Source of the DNA: Candidatus Delongbacteria bacterium
Lineage (GTDB): Bacteria > CAIWAD01
DNA: 64,000 nucleotides
Direction of reading: 5' to 3'
Assembly (NCBI GenBank): GCA_963663545.1
Contig: OY760505.1
Coordinates: 2,773,664 to 2,837,663 of the forward strand
Positions 62,701 through 64,000 of the stretch are shown here, piece by piece. The position numbers and the translations under genes are program-made. The stretch's first letter is position 1. The number at the start of each line of letters is the position of its first letter. The notes under the pieces were generated by a model, which saw only the letters and a program-made list of their open reading frames with translations, was not told the origin of the DNA and did no database searches.

Positions 62701-62972
62701 AGATGCGGCGATGCGGGATTGGCCAGCGAGAGCTTTTGTGCGTAGACATCGCGCATGCCGAAGCGTGTGTCCGACCAGGCGACAATCACTTCGCCCTGAT
62801 TGCCCATTGTCACACTGCGGTACCACTCAATGTGATACCCTTGCCGGACGGGAGTTCCGGCCGGATCGTCCCAGAGTAGGGGGACTTCTGCCGAAGCCGT
62901 TTGCTGAAAGGCGCTAAGTAGACATGCTGCAGTCAGGACTAGCGCAGGTGCCAACCTTCGTCCATGTTTCAT
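59796..62972 (-). CDS. large secreted repeat protein with T9SS-type C-terminal sorting domain
   Basis: Start trimmed to ATG 62972 giving signal peptide MKHGRRLAPALVLTAACLLSAFQQTASA; internal repeats; C-terminus ...FPNPFNPVTQIEFQL...LEVYNLTGQLV...GIYLYSL...MVLLK. Confidence 0.7.
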   Translation of the reverse strand: MKHGRRLAPALVLTAACLLSAFQQTASAEVPLLWDDPAGTPVRQGYHIEWYRSVTMGNQGEVIVAWSDTRFGMRDVYAQKLSLANPASPHLWSDASGSNPIDGLLVSGADKRQEDPALCSDGNGGAFISYVDYGQDPAGDLYINYIIDGEGGGALAWQHPVVLCTECVGYSFDPEYYVGIDHQVCPDQNGGAWIAWSDYRNSSLDVFISHVDADGHVDPLFGDNGLAICTLQGNQQSISMDQDGDGGVFLAWTDRRVQADQNIYIEHVYADGSLASGSDGQCVTNRVGFQSSVRACWDGIDGCFVAFREYADDNAGDILVQHFDSELNASFAENGTPVSNGQNITEQNPQLTTAGAGSALLTWEDARNDPNNVESDLYCQKLSVDNASVWESGGVPVTQAEDFQVEARAVVNDAGIAFLTWQDFRASNAVSIYAQSLDENGQTLWPTDGIPVVSLAPAEAQSVYPTLRLDQEGGVFVSWLEAIPGYAAEIRTQHLNASGELSFGNTGDTTVKGIGGNANEVKNLAIDEGCLVFWTDPALGNGPHVFMQHLTQAEGECLLEPNGVPLEPTLDGGQYAYDLLADDNGGAYVLLEVGNYCAQRSYLTHIDGQGNRLWDAAQPVTQDFDEESGLAYQTNAKVIRSGDRLIVAWSGVDTEFSLFYPDVNMQCFDLNGNRCWDQNGIRITSTDEEVERLEALIADGAGGAWVIWRGGIWTAYSLRMQHVDRNGASLLEDGGRILINAEDRQTDAQVVSHSAGGFIVLWSDYPGTGSEADLIAMAVDADGETLWTTSVVTEGNSYRPAALLADRHDGAFVVFTSISPNGDYDIGMRHLLADGTLEWEDQNGDVFVGAGNQQGVSATVIPRGNWNGLLIVAEMEELDSQYGYRDLWAREYHVSPTGGTPQENPVHPWQADAIAEIDFSQRAPYVSYNQADGAYVSWIDMRASGKEEHKDVYTCNIDFSTTSLDPETGQPQVFKLAQNFPNPFNPVTQIEFQLLQPERVRLEVYNLTGQLVEVLLDEERASGSHSLPFDGSKLASGIYLYSLESAGQRQTRRMVLLK

Positions 62973-63279
62973 CTGTTTCCCCGCTTTCGCTGATTCGCCC
63001 GTGCACCACGCACCGGCTGAATGGGTGTACGCCATCGACCCCAGGTTGTATCACGAAAACAGGTTCAGACTCATGCTTGGCTTTCGCGACTTCGGGGAAG
63101 CTGCGTGTGTCACAGTCCCGAAGGAGTAACTCGTCGTGGCTTCATTGCCAGCACGAATGAAGGTGGCTTTGCCGAAGTGGATGCACAATGAAAAAGGAGC
63201 CTCGCCTTTCGAGTGTCAATTTGCATGGACAGAATCGGCATTGAGGTGCCAGACGGGGGTCAGACACTTGCCTGGCACC

Positions 63280-63299
63280 GGTCTGACACGTGTCAGACC
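63280..63299. promoter_or_regulatory. perfect 20-bp palindrome ggtctgacacgtgtcagacc (candidate operator)
   Basis: Self-complementary 20-mer in the ~340-bp intergenic region upstream of the minus-strand T9SS gene; adjacent GTCAGACAC copy at 63259 and flanking inverted repeat GGTGCCAG (63245-63252) / CTGGCACC (63272-63279). Confidence 0.45.
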
Positions 63300-63308
63300 C
63301 TGATTCGA

Positions 63309-64000
63309 TCAATGATACCTTGCGCGAAACACACCGCGTGATCCAAGCGCATTCATCGGCTGGAAGACTTCTTGTGGACCATCCAGTGCCAGGACCTCAA
63401 TCAGCGGGATCCATTCGTCGCCGTCCTGTTGATAGATCGTGTAGATGCCTCCCGGGGCTCCCCCAGAAAGAAGAAATGTGATCCCAAGCGGGCCGCTTTC
63501 AATGTGTAGCTCGGGTATCGCCAGCTCATCCACAGCAGGAAAGGAATATAGGCCGTAGCCTTCGGCGCCGCCACTGGCCGTCGCCAACACTCTGCCGCGC
63601 TCTATCTGCATGTCCAATGGTCCATTGCAATCCATCATGCCACTTAACTGAAACTGCCCATCCTCTGCCAATGCGACGTGTGTCACGATCCCCATGTAGT
63701 TTTCGGATCCGGTTGTATATACCCCGCTCGAAGAGAGGTACAGATCCGCAACACCGCCGAACAGTTCCATGCTACCAAGCTGAGTGAAATCGGGCAAGGA
63801 GAAGGAGTACAGCGTTGTACTGGTGGAAACCAGCATGAGATCTTCGCGGAAGACGACGCCGGTAACCGATCCATTGGACCACTCAAACACTGACTCAGGA
63901 AGCTCCGTGTCCGCCATGTTCCAGACCTGGAGGGAGTAGTTATAGCCGGAGCTTCGTCGAAGTGCAGCGAGGTAATCGCCGCCGATGGCAAGATCACTGA
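63309..64000 (-). CDS. hypothetical protein, 3' portion; 5' end beyond window edge
   Basis: Minus-strand frame stays open from 63917 to position 64000; Gly/Ser/Tyr-rich beta-strand-like sequence; no family assigned. Confidence 0.4.
   Translation of the reverse strand, partial: SDLAIGGDYLAALRRSSGYNYSLQVWNMADTELPESVFEWSNGSVTGVVFREDLMLVSTSTTLYSFSLPDFTQLGSMELFGGVADLYLSSSGVYTTGSENYMGIVTHVALAEDGQFQLSGMMDCNGPLDMQIERGRVLATASGGAEGYGLYSFPAVDELAIPELHIESGPLGITFLLSGGAPGGIYTIYQQDGDEWIPLIEVLALDGPQEVFQPMNALGSRGVFRARYH

Noticed and set aside
63244-63279. Sigma-54-type promoter (TGGCAC-N5-TTGC) suggested by the CTGGCACC / GGTGCCAG elements
   Set aside because: On either strand the spacing and the -12 element do not match (TGCC or TGAC one position off TTGC); kept only as an inverted repeat.

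Overview
High-GC (~60%) bacterial chromosomal segment with about 54 protein-coding genes, two tRNAs (Asn-GTT, Gln-CTG) and several rho-independent terminators; no rRNA, CRISPR array or recognisable mobile element. The first ~23 kb is a surface-polysaccharide locus (GT1/GT2/GT4 glycosyltransferases, WecA/MraY-type initiating transferase, Wzy- and Wzx-like membrane proteins, a WbpB/WbpE/WbpD-like trio) with housekeeping genes embedded (trpS, Fe-alcohol dehydrogenase, TetR). The rest encodes fbaB, a hybrid histidine kinase, a MATE transporter, a DprE1/DprE2/UbiA-like lipid-linked sugar cluster, archaeal-type gatE-gatD, cdsA, birA-coaX, a cell-wall amidase, NrnA-like phosphoesterase, an RCK potassium channel, pyruvate:ferredoxin oxidoreductase and three secreted proteins with T9SS-type C-terminal sorting domains (suggesting an FCB-group-like lineage). 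The most striking signal is not a gene: the AT-rich octamer GTGATACR (reverse complement YGTATCAC) occurs roughly 100 times in both orientations, inside genes in every permissible reading frame and next to terminators, against a rough expectation of a handful. This looks like a genome-wide DNA-level signal (DNA-uptake-sequence-like, or HIP1/Chi-like); I could not compute statistics, so counts are by manual scan. Secondary observations are a shared GTCTGACAC/GTGTCAGAC inverted-repeat motif in two intergenic regions, GatDE in a bacterial context, and an asparaginase-family protein with apparently permuted motif order.
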